Positions 1-8,029 of a DNA stretch of 15,812 bases are shown in pieces. The position numbers were made by a program, and so were the translations under genes. Within the stretch, counting starts at the first letter, position 1. Each line of letters begins with the position of its first letter. This stretch comes from a phage, in NCBI GenBank assembly GCA_012060505.1, contig GCA_012060505.1_3027.2. One strand, given 5' to 3'. The notes under the pieces were generated by a model. The model was given only the letters and a program-made list of their open reading frames with translations. It was not told where the DNA came from and searched no databases.

Positions 1-129
1 TGAACGAGTTAAAGCAGATTTAAGCACGCTGTATCTATCAGGAAATTTACCGTGTTCATTATAATACGCTATTGCTAATTCACGGACTGCCTTTTCAGCA
101 GCCTCCATATATTCTTTACGCTTGGTCAT
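1..129 (-). CDS. Hypothetical protein, N-terminal 43 aa only (gene continues beyond window start)
   Basis: Reverse-complement ATG at 127-129 opens frame [43 protein letters not shown], which runs off the window; sits 2 nt after the TAA stop of the upstream gene. Confidence 0.45.
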   Translation of the reverse strand, partial: MTKRKEYMEAAEKAVRELAIAYYNEHGKFPDRYSVLKSALTRS

Positions 130-131
130 TT

Positions 132-521
132 TTAATCCAAAATATTATTAGGCATTGGTTGAACACTCACAAGTTCTTTAAAGAACTCAGTAGAGTCAGG
201 CAATTTAACCATTTCCGGAGCATGCTTACTGAATTTATGTTTACAATGACGGCATTTATATTCAAGCTCTGGTTTACGCCAGTTAATCAATTGAACTTGT
301 TCAGTACCGCATTCAGGGCAATTAGGAACGTTTTTAGAAGCTCTTTCACGTCGTTCAACCATAGCCATAATAGCATCCCATGATGGAGGTTTAAAATCTA
401 AATCGTCGCAGCCGTGAATCTTTCCACGCATTTTCATATCATCTTCCTCACCAGCCATAATAATTTTAATTAAACTAGAATTACTTGAAGCTGCAATGTC
501 TTCTAATAAACGCTTTTTCAT
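132..521 (-). CDS. Hypothetical 129-aa protein with probable zinc ribbon (CPECG...CRHCKH)
   Basis: ORF track; ATG at 519-521 preceded by GAGGT; ATGA stop-start overlap with upstream gene; paired Cys motifs. Confidence 0.7.
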   Translation of the reverse strand: MKKRLLEDIAASSNSSLIKIIMAGEEDDMKMRGKIHGCDDLDFKPPSWDAIMAMVERRERASKNVPNCPECGTEQVQLINWRKPELEYKCRHCKHKFSKHAPEMVKLPDSTEFFKELVSVQPMPNNILD

Positions 522-1447
522 TTCAATACCTCAATAGCATTACGTAAACCATTTGCTTTTGCATTAAGAGCTTTTAACAATTTGGTGTGTTCTGCAATTT
601 GGGCTTCAACTTCAATCAAACGAGCATTGAGATATTCGCGTTCTTCACTCAGATTATCAGCCTTTTCTGCTTTAGGTTCTTTTACAACTTGCTTATATGT
701 ATTAGGGTTCTTCAGTTTAATTAGAATGCGTGAACTGTACAGCATTGAACCATTATCTTCGGTTTCGTCATACATTTCCACTACGTCCATCATCTCCACC
801 ATCGTGCAGAGTTTATAAGACAACGAACGAATAATTTTGTTGTACTTATTAATTTCTCTAGCTGTCATGGTGCCGAGATTACGTGAGTAATAATAAGGAA
901 CCTGGATATTAATTAATACTGATGAACCACCTGGCTTGTGTGTTACTTCATCAGCAATAACCCAATCCTTAACATGAACTGTATTTGTACGGTCATCGCC
1001 CGCGGTAAATAGTTTACGAGCATGCTTAAAAAGCATATTCACTTGGTCATTGAATTGACAAGCGAATTTATCAGCAAATTTAGTTTCGGGAATGGTAGAT
1101 AACCAATCAGCCAAATGGGTCTTTTTAACATCGTTAACAATAGTAAATTCAACCAAATCGGTTATAGATGTCTCAGATTTAATGAAGCTCGGCTTCATAA
1201 AGTTTTTAATGTTATCACTAGCTACAGTAGAAGATAACAGACGAGAACGTTTAAACCATTGAAGTAAATTGCCTAACGAATAAGAATAAGCGTTTTGAGT
1301 ATCTTTACAAATATGGTTTTCCCATCCAATATAGTCTAAAAAATCACGAAGAATATTATTGATTACTGCTCTGTGCCCGATCTGATAATTACGGTGTTTA
1401 GTAATAAGACTGTCAAAATAATCAATATAATGTTTACGAGTTTTCAT
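518..1447 (-). CDS. Hypothetical 309-aa protein, N-terminus MKTRK, C-terminal coiled coil
   Basis: ORF track; ATG at 1445-1447; heptad-like C-terminus [42 protein letters not shown]. Confidence 0.75.
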   Translation of the reverse strand: MKTRKHYIDYFDSLITKHRNYQIGHRAVINNILRDFLDYIGWENHICKDTQNAYSYSLGNLLQWFKRSRLLSSTVASDNIKNFMKPSFIKSETSITDLVEFTIVNDVKKTHLADWLSTIPETKFADKFACQFNDQVNMLFKHARKLFTAGDDRTNTVHVKDWVIADEVTHKPGGSSVLINIQVPYYYSRNLGTMTAREINKYNKIIRSLSYKLCTMVEMMDVVEMYDETEDNGSMLYSSRILIKLKNPNTYKQVVKEPKAEKADNLSEEREYLNARLIEVEAQIAEHTKLLKALNAKANGLRNAIEVLK

Positions 1448-1469
1448 GTTCTTCTCACTTGGTTAATGA

Positions 1470-1499
1470 TTTATACTCCGAGCCATCCTTGGCTTTAAA
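1470..1499 (-). promoter_or_regulatory. Weak promoter-like element (TATAAAT-type box) with hairpin AGCCA-tcct-TGGCT
   Basis: Minus strand reads ggagTATAAATcat upstream of the 518-1447 start; short inverted repeat at 1481-1494; no good -35. Confidence 0.3.
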
Positions 1500-2501
1500 T
1501 TACTTAATTAACTGTAAAGCTTGTTCAAGACGATCAAGACGATTAACAGATTCTTCCCAAATCCTTTTAGCTTGCTCATATTCTTTCTGTGCTTTATTAG
1601 AAATTTCTAGAACTTCTTTATAAGCTTTTTCTAGTGCAATAACTTCTGGACGAATTTCTACCGATTCAGGTGAATCATCAAGATTATCCATTAGTTCCTC
1701 AAGGGTAGTTTCTTCTTTAGGAGTATTCACAATTTCTTCGCATTTTTGTTGGTAAATTTCTTTATCAGTTAGTGAATAAGCACATTTCACTTCACGAAGA
1801 CTAATTACAATTTTATATCCTTCCCAACCACCAATATTTTTGAAAGGATATGTATGAATACTTTTTACAGTTTCCATACAATCCAAAGCCGTCTCTAATT
1901 GATGAGTTATAGTGCTAGCAATTGAGAAAAATTTATTAATATTCTTTTGGTTAGCTTCTGGTGTAAAAAATTCATAATTCACAAAAATAGCTACTTTATT
2001 TTTATCAAGCTCATATTCTTTTACGATAATCATATCAGAAGCCAAAGGATGAATTTGACGATAATCGCCATAACATAATTTAGAAGCTGATTTTAGAATT
2101 TTTCCTTTAAAAAGTCTGAAATTACTAATCCAACGACGAGTAAAAATATTCTTAGGGTCTTCTTTGATATTAAGATGATAAGAATTAACATCACCGAACC
2201 AATTGTATCCTATTACACCTTTAGTTCGTTTAATTTCTTTCCCAAAATTACCAAGAATATCCCGATTAACTAAATATGAAAGAAGACGAGACCCTTTAAA
2301 GATTATCTTAATATCATCTTTATCTACACGGCTAGAAATTTCACGAACTTCATGAATAAATTTACTGGAAGAAACAATACTTGCATCAATACTGCTGAGC
2401 CATTGATTGATAATAGAAAGAACAGCATTCTGACTAGACATGGGTTTAACTTTATCATCAATAACCCTATTGAATGATTTGATATATTCGTTACGAGTCA
2501 T
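1500..2501 (-). CDS. Hypothetical 334-aa protein, N-terminus MTRNEY, C-terminal coiled coil
   Basis: ORF track frame; start moved to ATG 2499-2501 (SD GAGGAG upstream) because the longer track start overlaps the promoter at 2530-2559. Confidence 0.75.
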   Translation of the reverse strand: MTRNEYIKSFNRVIDDKVKPMSSQNAVLSIINQWLSSIDASIVSSSKFIHEVREISSRVDKDDIKIIFKGSRLLSYLVNRDILGNFGKEIKRTKGVIGYNWFGDVNSYHLNIKEDPKNIFTRRWISNFRLFKGKILKSASKLCYGDYRQIHPLASDMIIVKEYELDKNKVAIFVNYEFFTPEANQKNINKFFSIASTITHQLETALDCMETVKSIHTYPFKNIGGWEGYKIVISLREVKCAYSLTDKEIYQQKCEEIVNTPKEETTLEELMDNLDDSPESVEIRPEVIALEKAYKEVLEISNKAQKEYEQAKRIWEESVNRLDRLEQALQLIK

Positions 2502-2529
2502 ATTAATCTCCTCAGTAGAAAGTAAGAAC

Positions 2530-2559
2530 ATTATACCACATCCTTGTGGCAAAGTAAAC
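2530..2559 (-). promoter_or_regulatory. T4-early-type sigma70 promoter
   Basis: Minus strand: GTTTAC - 18 nt - TATAAT with TGG immediately 5' of the -10 (extended -10); placed between the stop of gene 2559-3578 and the start of gene 1500-2501. Confidence 0.6.
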
Positions 2560-3578
2560 TAGTTCAGTGCATTTAATGCATTGTTCAGTTTAGAACGTTG
2601 CTTTGTCAGATTTTGAACCCTTGACTGAGCTTGTTCTAACGCCTTTTCAGCTTCTAGCACTTCATTGGTCGCTTTAACGAGTTCATCATCTACTGCCTTG
2701 ATAGACTTCTCAATCGCATCCGCGTGCCATTTTTCAACAGGTTTAAGACTCGGATTTTCAACAGGAAGAAAATTCACTTTATTGAATTTCCATGCATCAT
2801 TATTACCTGAACTATACATCCAAAATTTAGGATCGTTTGATAAGTAATTGGATAAATTTAAGTTATCTTGTACTTCCTGCTTTTTCTCTTGCGGGACTTC
2901 GTCCTTTCTCAAAAAATCGTATTTAAATGAAACGATCATATCAAGTTCATATGATGTTGTATCTAACTTAAATCGTTCAAAACGAGGTAAAATCTTAGAC
3001 TGAACAGCGGCAACAACATCCATATACTTAAATGCTTCTGTCAACTGTGATTTAAGGCATTCACAAATTGAAAGAGAATTTTTTGTATTAGGTTTAAAGC
3101 TAATTCGTGCAGTTCTATTATTTTCTTTTAATGGTCTTACTTCCATCTGAAGAGTATAACCATCAAATTTCAGGTTCTTTAAGTTAATGTCAGAACCTTT
3201 TAATCGACTAGCTGTCGACAAAATTTGCTTTAACTGTTTACGGAATAGAGCAATAAATCTCCATTCAATACGATAATGATTGGGATTGAAAAATCCAGAT
3301 GATAAATCAACCTTACTCTGACCAACACCTTGAACAAATAGAGGATTTTTATAATCAATAGTTTTACAGAAATCGGTGAGCTGCTCACGAGCAGTCATTT
3401 GTGTAATATATCCCGCTTTACTAAAATGACGTAACCATTCACTGCTATTCATATATTTAAAGTGAATGGAACTATTAACTCTATCAGGGTCTAAATTATT
3501 TTGGCACAAAAATGTCATAACATTACGGGTATAGCTGGCATTACGAACCATATCTTCAATTTGAGAACGAGTTTTCAT
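2559..3578 (-). CDS. Hypothetical 339-aa protein, N-terminus MKTRS, C-terminal coiled coil
   Basis: ORF track; ATG 3576-3578 with SD AAGGAA; C-terminus LVKATNEVLEAEKALEQAQSRVQNLTKQRSKLNNALNALN. Confidence 0.75.
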   Translation of the reverse strand: MKTRSQIEDMVRNASYTRNVMTFLCQNNLDPDRVNSSIHFKYMNSSEWLRHFSKAGYITQMTAREQLTDFCKTIDYKNPLFVQGVGQSKVDLSSGFFNPNHYRIEWRFIALFRKQLKQILSTASRLKGSDINLKNLKFDGYTLQMEVRPLKENNRTARISFKPNTKNSLSICECLKSQLTEAFKYMDVVAAVQSKILPRFERFKLDTTSYELDMIVSFKYDFLRKDEVPQEKKQEVQDNLNLSNYLSNDPKFWMYSSGNNDAWKFNKVNFLPVENPSLKPVEKWHADAIEKSIKAVDDELVKATNEVLEAEKALEQAQSRVQNLTKQRSKLNNALNALN

Positions 3579-3586
3579 AGTGTTCC

Positions 3587-4474
3587 TTAAGATTTAAGTA
3601 AATCAACAATTTTAATTAACTTTTCACGCTCAGATTTAGCTTTACTACTCAATCCAGATAGTCTAAAGATTTCATCGTCATATTGTTGAATAGAAATATT
3701 CAGCTCTTCAATTTGCTTATTAAAATAATCAATTTGCTCAGAATGTTTTTCGTTACTACGAACTGGTACAGGTTTTGTAGGCAATTTAGTTGAACTGGAT
3801 TCATCCGGGCGATAAATTAAAATACAACTTGAACCAATTGGACATTTTGCACCAGATGAATATTCTAATGTTCCAGATTCTTTTAAAACTTCAAAAGCTA
3901 AACAGAGATGATGACCCATATTGACATAATCAGTAGAGCGAGCTCTGATGTAATAATCATCTCCACGAGTACTAAATTTAAAGCATTTAAGGTCTTCTGT
4001 ATTATTGGTCTTAAAAATCATTTGTTTATCTAGACCTTTAGCTAATCGAGCGCCTAATGCTAATAATCGTCGTTGATTTTCCCACAAATCTGCAATCATT
4101 TGGTCAAATGATAATTTTGGCATTAGTCGACCATAAAGGTCATATCCTTTATTATAATTACGAAGAATTTCACTCGCATTAATACGAGACAATGCTCCAA
4201 TTTTATTAAGGGCTTTCATGATGCGATTAGATAAACTCATTCCAGATCCGTTTGTTCGCTGTAAATGTTTTTCTAATCCAAATCCAATATCAACTTTAAA
4301 TTTATCTAAAATTTCAGCATGAACATCTCTGTCAATAACATTCAAATCCAAAGTTGGGTTAAATCTATGAAAAAATTTATCTGGCTCTCCACGACGAAGT
4401 ACAGTCCATTCATTCAATTTTTTATTAACTAAAGATTTAATTACTGTATTGACATTATTAATTACTACTGACAT
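3587..4474 (-). CDS. Hypothetical 295-aa protein with C-terminal coiled coil
   Basis: Track ORF begins at a TTG; internal ATG at 4472-4474 has a strong SD (GAGGAAAAT) and sits 7 nt after the upstream gene stop, so it is preferred. Confidence 0.7.
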   Translation of the reverse strand: MSVVINNVNTVIKSLVNKKLNEWTVLRRGEPDKFFHRFNPTLDLNVIDRDVHAEILDKFKVDIGFGLEKHLQRTNGSGMSLSNRIMKALNKIGALSRINASEILRNYNKGYDLYGRLMPKLSFDQMIADLWENQRRLLALGARLAKGLDKQMIFKTNNTEDLKCFKFSTRGDDYYIRARSTDYVNMGHHLCLAFEVLKESGTLEYSSGAKCPIGSSCILIYRPDESSSTKLPTKPVPVRSNEKHSEQIDYFNKQIEELNISIQQYDDEIFRLSGLSSKAKSEREKLIKIVDLLKS

Positions 4475-4481
4475 ATTTTCC

Positions 4482-4883
4482 TCACTCAATTTTACCAATT
4501 ATGCGGAATAAGATTGAACAGACTATATAAGTACCACATATAGATTGAACTAATGCCATTCCAAAGAACCAAACAATATTATCAAACCATGTCTGTTTTA
4601 CGTCGAAAGGACGTAAACTTACAGTAATATTATCACCTTTTTCTATTGACGAATACATCTCTGGTGAAATATATTCGCTAAATCTATAACCGTCTTTGAG
4701 TTCATATACAGCAATAAATGATAAACTAGACCCCTTTCCTTGAGTTCCTGTAATGGTATTAACTACAGTAACATCATAATCTTTATAATGCATATAATCA
4801 TTAATTGCGTAATAACCATATGCAATTACTATACATAAACAACATATCAATAAATTCAATCTTTTAATTATCAACTGTTTCAT
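4482..4883 (-). CDS. Predicted membrane protein, 133 aa, hydrophobic segments at both ends
   Basis: ORF track; ATG 4881-4883; hydrophobic stretches LNLLICCLCIVIAYGYY and IVWFFGMALVQSICGTYIVCSILF. Confidence 0.7.
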   Translation of the reverse strand: MKQLIIKRLNLLICCLCIVIAYGYYAINDYMHYKDYDVTVVNTITGTQGKGSSLSFIAVYELKDGYRFSEYISPEMYSSIEKGDNITVSLRPFDVKQTWFDNIVWFFGMALVQSICGTYIVCSILFRIIGKIE

Positions 4884-4912
4884 AATAATCTCAATTAAAA
4901 GGGCTTAGAACC

Positions 4913-4941
4913 ATTATACCATCCTTGGTATAAAGCGGTTA
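4913..4941 (-). promoter_or_regulatory. Promoter-like element with TGG-TATAAT extended -10 but degenerate -35
   Basis: Minus strand reads ccaaggatggTATAATgg upstream of the 4482-4883 start; -35 position does not match GTTTAC. Confidence 0.35.
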
Positions 4942-5466
4942 TGCGAGTACCGTCTTTAACCGTTCTTCAAATTTCCGAAGAGTGTTCTGGCGTTCAGCTC
5001 TTTGCTTTTTGTAAGTTTCAATACGCTCTGAAATGAGAGTGTATCGTTCATTTACTGATTCTTTCATAAAATCAGGAATTTCACGAGAAGCTTTAATCTC
5101 ATCAAATTTATCAATAACAGCTTGCTCTTCAGCAATTAAGTTATCATACATTAAAATATCTTTCTTGATGAACTCAATATCTTCTTGAGTTACACGAGAT
5201 AATTTAGATGCTTTATCCTTTTTGTACTGTTCGTTAGTATCACGAGACCAGTGTAATGTACGATTTTTATTCGTATTTTTGTAAATTTCTACAATACCAA
5301 TTTCATCAATAATAACGATCCAATTCCAACGGGATTTGTAAATTTGTCCTCCATCAACAGTGATTTCACCTCCGATTGAGATGTCATTAAAGAACTTGCT
5401 TTGTGCTTCAGATTTAAATTTACCATCGTTGTAATTTACCAGGTTGAAAATATCTTTAGCATTCAT
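4939..5466 (-). CDS. Hypothetical 175-aa protein, C-terminal coiled coil
   Basis: ORF track frame; start moved to ATG 5464-5466 (SD GGAGG) because the longer track ORF runs through the promoter at 5495-5524. Confidence 0.7.
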   Translation of the reverse strand: MNAKDIFNLVNYNDGKFKSEAQSKFFNDISIGGEITVDGGQIYKSRWNWIVIIDEIGIVEIYKNTNKNRTLHWSRDTNEQYKKDKASKLSRVTQEDIEFIKKDILMYDNLIAEEQAVIDKFDEIKASREIPDFMKESVNERYTLISERIETYKKQRAERQNTLRKFEERLKTVLA

Positions 5467-5494
5467 TTTCTGTTCCTCCGTAGTTGATAGTTGT

Positions 5495-5524
5495 ATAGTA
5501 CCACAGAGGAACAGTCTTGTAAAC
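5495..5524 (-). promoter_or_regulatory. T4-early-type sigma70 promoter
   Basis: Minus strand: GTTTAC - 18 nt - TACTAT, TGG 5' of the -10; shares a 22-nt identical core (5482-5503) with the promoter at 6934-6963. Confidence 0.6.
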
Positions 5525-5526
5525 AA

Positions 5527-5829
5527 CTAAAAGAAACTTCTTTCACAATTTTTTCCACTGAACCATGCGCTGACCGCTTTCTTAGTCTCAGGAGCAGTGT
5601 TATCCATAAACCATTCAAAGGCAGCCTTTTTATGATTCTGGAGGGCTTCTCGGGCTTTAATCTGCTCACGGTCTATTAACACTAACATATGAGCCTTTCT
5701 TGTCACCAAGGGCTTCTTATGATTCTTGGAGTATTCCCAGTCATTTGTCCAACGCATTGTCGTTGCGAACTGATGAACCGCGTCTTTAATTTTAGTTTCA
5801 TAAATTTCACGAGCCTTTGAGTATAACAT
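5527..5829 (-). CDS. Hypothetical 100-aa protein
   Basis: ORF track frame; start taken at ATG 5827-5829, which follows SD GGAGG by 5 nt. Confidence 0.6.
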   Translation of the reverse strand: MLYSKAREIYETKIKDAVHQFATTMRWTNDWEYSKNHKKPLVTRKAHMLVLIDREQIKAREALQNHKKAAFEWFMDNTAPETKKAVSAWFSGKNCERSFF

Positions 5830-5930
5830 CACTACCTCCATTCACCAGTTTAATTCTAGTCATCTTTTTGATGGCAGTCCATATAATCTATTTCTGAACT
5901 GCCTTTTTGTCATAGAAGTCCTCTTATGAA

Positions 5931-6899
5931 TTATTTCAGAAGAGTAACCTCAGCGATTTCTTCCCAACCGTTTTTGTCGGTCATAATAAAGTCAGCAAGA
6001 TAAAGAGCAGTACGCAGTGAAACATTGCGTAAACGATTAACATTGACTTTCATCCATGATAATGCTTTATAAGTTTCTTCATCAGAAAGACCGCGCTTTT
6101 GCATCATGTCAGTTGAAAGAATAACATCTTCAACCCTGACCATAATTTCTTCATTAGTGTGAACACCCAAATCCAAATAAACTGAGCGGGACACTAATGC
6201 TTGTAAATGTGGAGCAAGTTTAGTACCACGGTCTAATTCGCGGTCAATATCAACGTTTGTGATAAAAACAATCGTTCCTTTAAATTCAAACTCACGCTCA
6301 ATGCCTTTTTCTTCTAAGTAAGAAGATGCAGTGCTCCAGCAGACTTTACGGGTCTCTCCAGTGTCCAGAGCAGCTTTTAGAAGATTAAGAATGTCCATAT
6401 CAGAGAAAACATCCACATCATCAATCAAAAGGACAGAATTCTCTTCACGATTATTCCAAAGCTGTTCATAAAGACCAATACCAGAGATTTTACCATTAAT
6501 GCTTTTATACTCAATGTATCCAATATCATTTGCTTTATTTAAAGCTTTATCTAAAGAATACGTTTTACCAATACCTGCTGCTCCCGAGATAATTAATGAA
6601 CGAATGTTTCCGTTAATAATACCATTCGTCATCATTCCCATAACATTAAATCTTTTATTAATGCGGGTTTTCATATCTTCATACGATTCTTTAACTTCTT
6701 CAACTTTTACACCATCATATGAAATGTCTGATTTGTAAACCCAAACACCGCGACGTTTACCGTCAATTTCAACAAAAACTTTACCATCTCCTTGTGCATC
6801 TACCGGAGCATTATCTGGGAACCATTCGCCTAAGAGCTCAAAAGTTCCAGAGATTTCTTTACCGAAGTAGATACCCTTATTGATAGTTACAGTTTTCAT
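5931..6899 (-). CDS. AAA+/P-loop ATPase-like protein, 322 aa
   Basis: Walker A SGAAGIGKTY, Walker B-like VLLIDDVD, sensor-like IVFITN; start ATG 6897-6899 with SD GGAGAAT, just downstream of the promoter at 6934-6963. Confidence 0.8.
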   Translation of the reverse strand: MKTVTINKGIYFGKEISGTFELLGEWFPDNAPVDAQGDGKVFVEIDGKRRGVWVYKSDISYDGVKVEEVKESYEDMKTRINKRFNVMGMMTNGIINGNIRSLIISGAAGIGKTYSLDKALNKANDIGYIEYKSINGKISGIGLYEQLWNNREENSVLLIDDVDVFSDMDILNLLKAALDTGETRKVCWSTASSYLEEKGIEREFEFKGTIVFITNVDIDRELDRGTKLAPHLQALVSRSVYLDLGVHTNEEIMVRVEDVILSTDMMQKRGLSDEETYKALSWMKVNVNRLRNVSLRTALYLADFIMTDKNGWEEIAEVTLLK

Positions 6900-6933
6900 T
6901 TTATTCTCCAAATCCGTATCAGTTGATAGTTGT

Positions 6934-6963
6934 ATAGTACCATAAAGCTTTATGCTTGTAAAC
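6934..6963 (-). promoter_or_regulatory. T4-early-type sigma70 promoter
   Basis: Minus strand: GTTTAC - 18 nt - TACTAT with TGG extended -10; sits immediately downstream of the terminator at 6986-7013. Confidence 0.6.
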
Positions 6964-6985
6964 AATTTTGTGAAAAAATTTTTGA

Positions 6986-7013
6986 AATAAAAAAAGGGAG
7001 CCCGAAGGCTCCC
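6986..7013 (-). terminator. Intrinsic terminator, 7-bp GC stem with UUCG loop and U-run
   Basis: Minus strand reads GGGAGCC-ttcg-GGCTCCC followed by TTTTTTTATTT, directly after the TGA of gene 7016-8029. Confidence 0.8.
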
Positions 7014-7015
7014 TA

Positions 7016-8029
7016 TCATTTATAATAACTTCGGTGGTTTTCAAGATAGACCTTCTCAAGGAAGTCATCCCAGAAACCCATGTCTACTTTTTGCTGCATA
7101 CCGTTCTTAGAAGCTTCAATAGATGCTGCTTCTACTTGATCGACCACATCTTCCAAAAACTCTTGAACTGTTTTAAATGGATGTTTACCCAACTTCACGT
7201 CGAGAATAAATGGAGCATCTTGAAGTGGATAAACCAAGTCACCAGTTTTGTAAATTTCCAATAGTTGAAGTCCACCACGGCAAGCATGGCTCAGAGCTTT
7301 CCAGTCAATACCTTCATTGGCTTCGGCCTTACGAGCACGTTCACCGTATTCGGCATCAAGTTTATTCAAAGACTGCTTAAGCTCAATAAGAGAAAGCGTT
7401 GTCTGATATTTACGACCCAACACAGTGTAGAACGTTTGTGGACCGGTTTTCTCATGATTATGGAATACCCATTCACAAAACTCGTTTTCAGGGAGTCGGT
7501 GTTTGATATCTTCTACCTTAGTTCGGCGTAAACGATCTGGAATTCCCTCTTGGTAATCAACCCACTGGTCAGGGATTTGATTAACTACTTTCAATACATC
7601 ACGTAATGCGGCCAAACGAGAACCCTTGACACCGTATTTAGAAGCTTGCTTGCGAACATATCCTAAATAGGATTTCATGTTAGTCGTATAAAAACGAGAA
7701 CGATTGTCTTGAATAAACTTCCATACATCAGGCAAATCAGATTTAACTACCAGTTCAAGTGGAGTGTGGAGCATATCCAATGCTACGGTTTCACCATCTG
7801 CTGCTAATTTAAAGAAATATTTAAGACTGTATAGTTCATGGTCAATATCATCTTTGGTGTTTTTAGATGATGTGTTGTTAGTGTTTTTACTCATATGCTC
7901 TTTGACATTTCCGATAAGAATATCGCGAGCAGGAGGAACAAAGATTTCTTTAAAATCTACATCAGATTCTGGAGTAGAAGTTCCATAAAGATGACTACCA
8001 AAATAGCTTTTCATTACTGTTTTCATCAT
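7016..8029 (-). CDS. Pol-beta-superfamily nucleotidyltransferase-fold protein, 337 aa
   Basis: N-terminal motif GSHLYGTSTPESDVDF (G[SG]-x9-13-D-x-D) plus downstream acidic ALD; ATG 8027-8029 overlaps the upstream stop as ATGA. Confidence 0.75.
   Translation of the reverse strand: MMKTVMKSYFGSHLYGTSTPESDVDFKEIFVPPARDILIGNVKEHMSKNTNNTSSKNTKDDIDHELYSLKYFFKLAADGETVALDMLHTPLELVVKSDLPDVWKFIQDNRSRFYTTNMKSYLGYVRKQASKYGVKGSRLAALRDVLKVVNQIPDQWVDYQEGIPDRLRRTKVEDIKHRLPENEFCEWVFHNHEKTGPQTFYTVLGRKYQTTLSLIELKQSLNKLDAEYGERARKAEANEGIDWKALSHACRGGLQLLEIYKTGDLVYPLQDAPFILDVKLGKHPFKTVQEFLEDVVDQVEAASIEASKNGMQQKVDMGFWDDFLEKVYLENHRSYYK

Noticed and set aside
72-383. Plus-strand ORF of 103 aa
   Set aside because: Lies fully antisense to the minus-strand gene 132-521, has no Shine-Dalgarno or promoter, and every supported gene in the window is on the minus strand.
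582-818. Plus-strand ORF of 78 aa
   Set aside because: Embedded antisense inside the 518-1447 gene; low-complexity product; no translation signals.
2665-2847. Plus-strand ORF of 60 aa
   Set aside because: Antisense within 2559-3578; no start context.
5463-5679. Minus-strand 68-aa ORF and plus-strand 62-aa ORF (5491-5679) across the 5466-5527 spacer
   Set aside because: They run through the early promoter at 5495-5524 and overlap the better-supported gene 5527-5829 in another frame.
6499-6738. Plus-strand ORF of 79 aa
   Set aside because: Antisense within the ATPase gene; no start context.
5931-7019. Long N-terminal extensions in the ORF track (5931-7019, 1500-2552, 4939-5526, 10475-10708, 10272-10511)
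   Set aside because: The extended frames read through promoters or a terminator. Internal ATG codons with good Shine-Dalgarno sequences just downstream of the promoters are much more likely starts.
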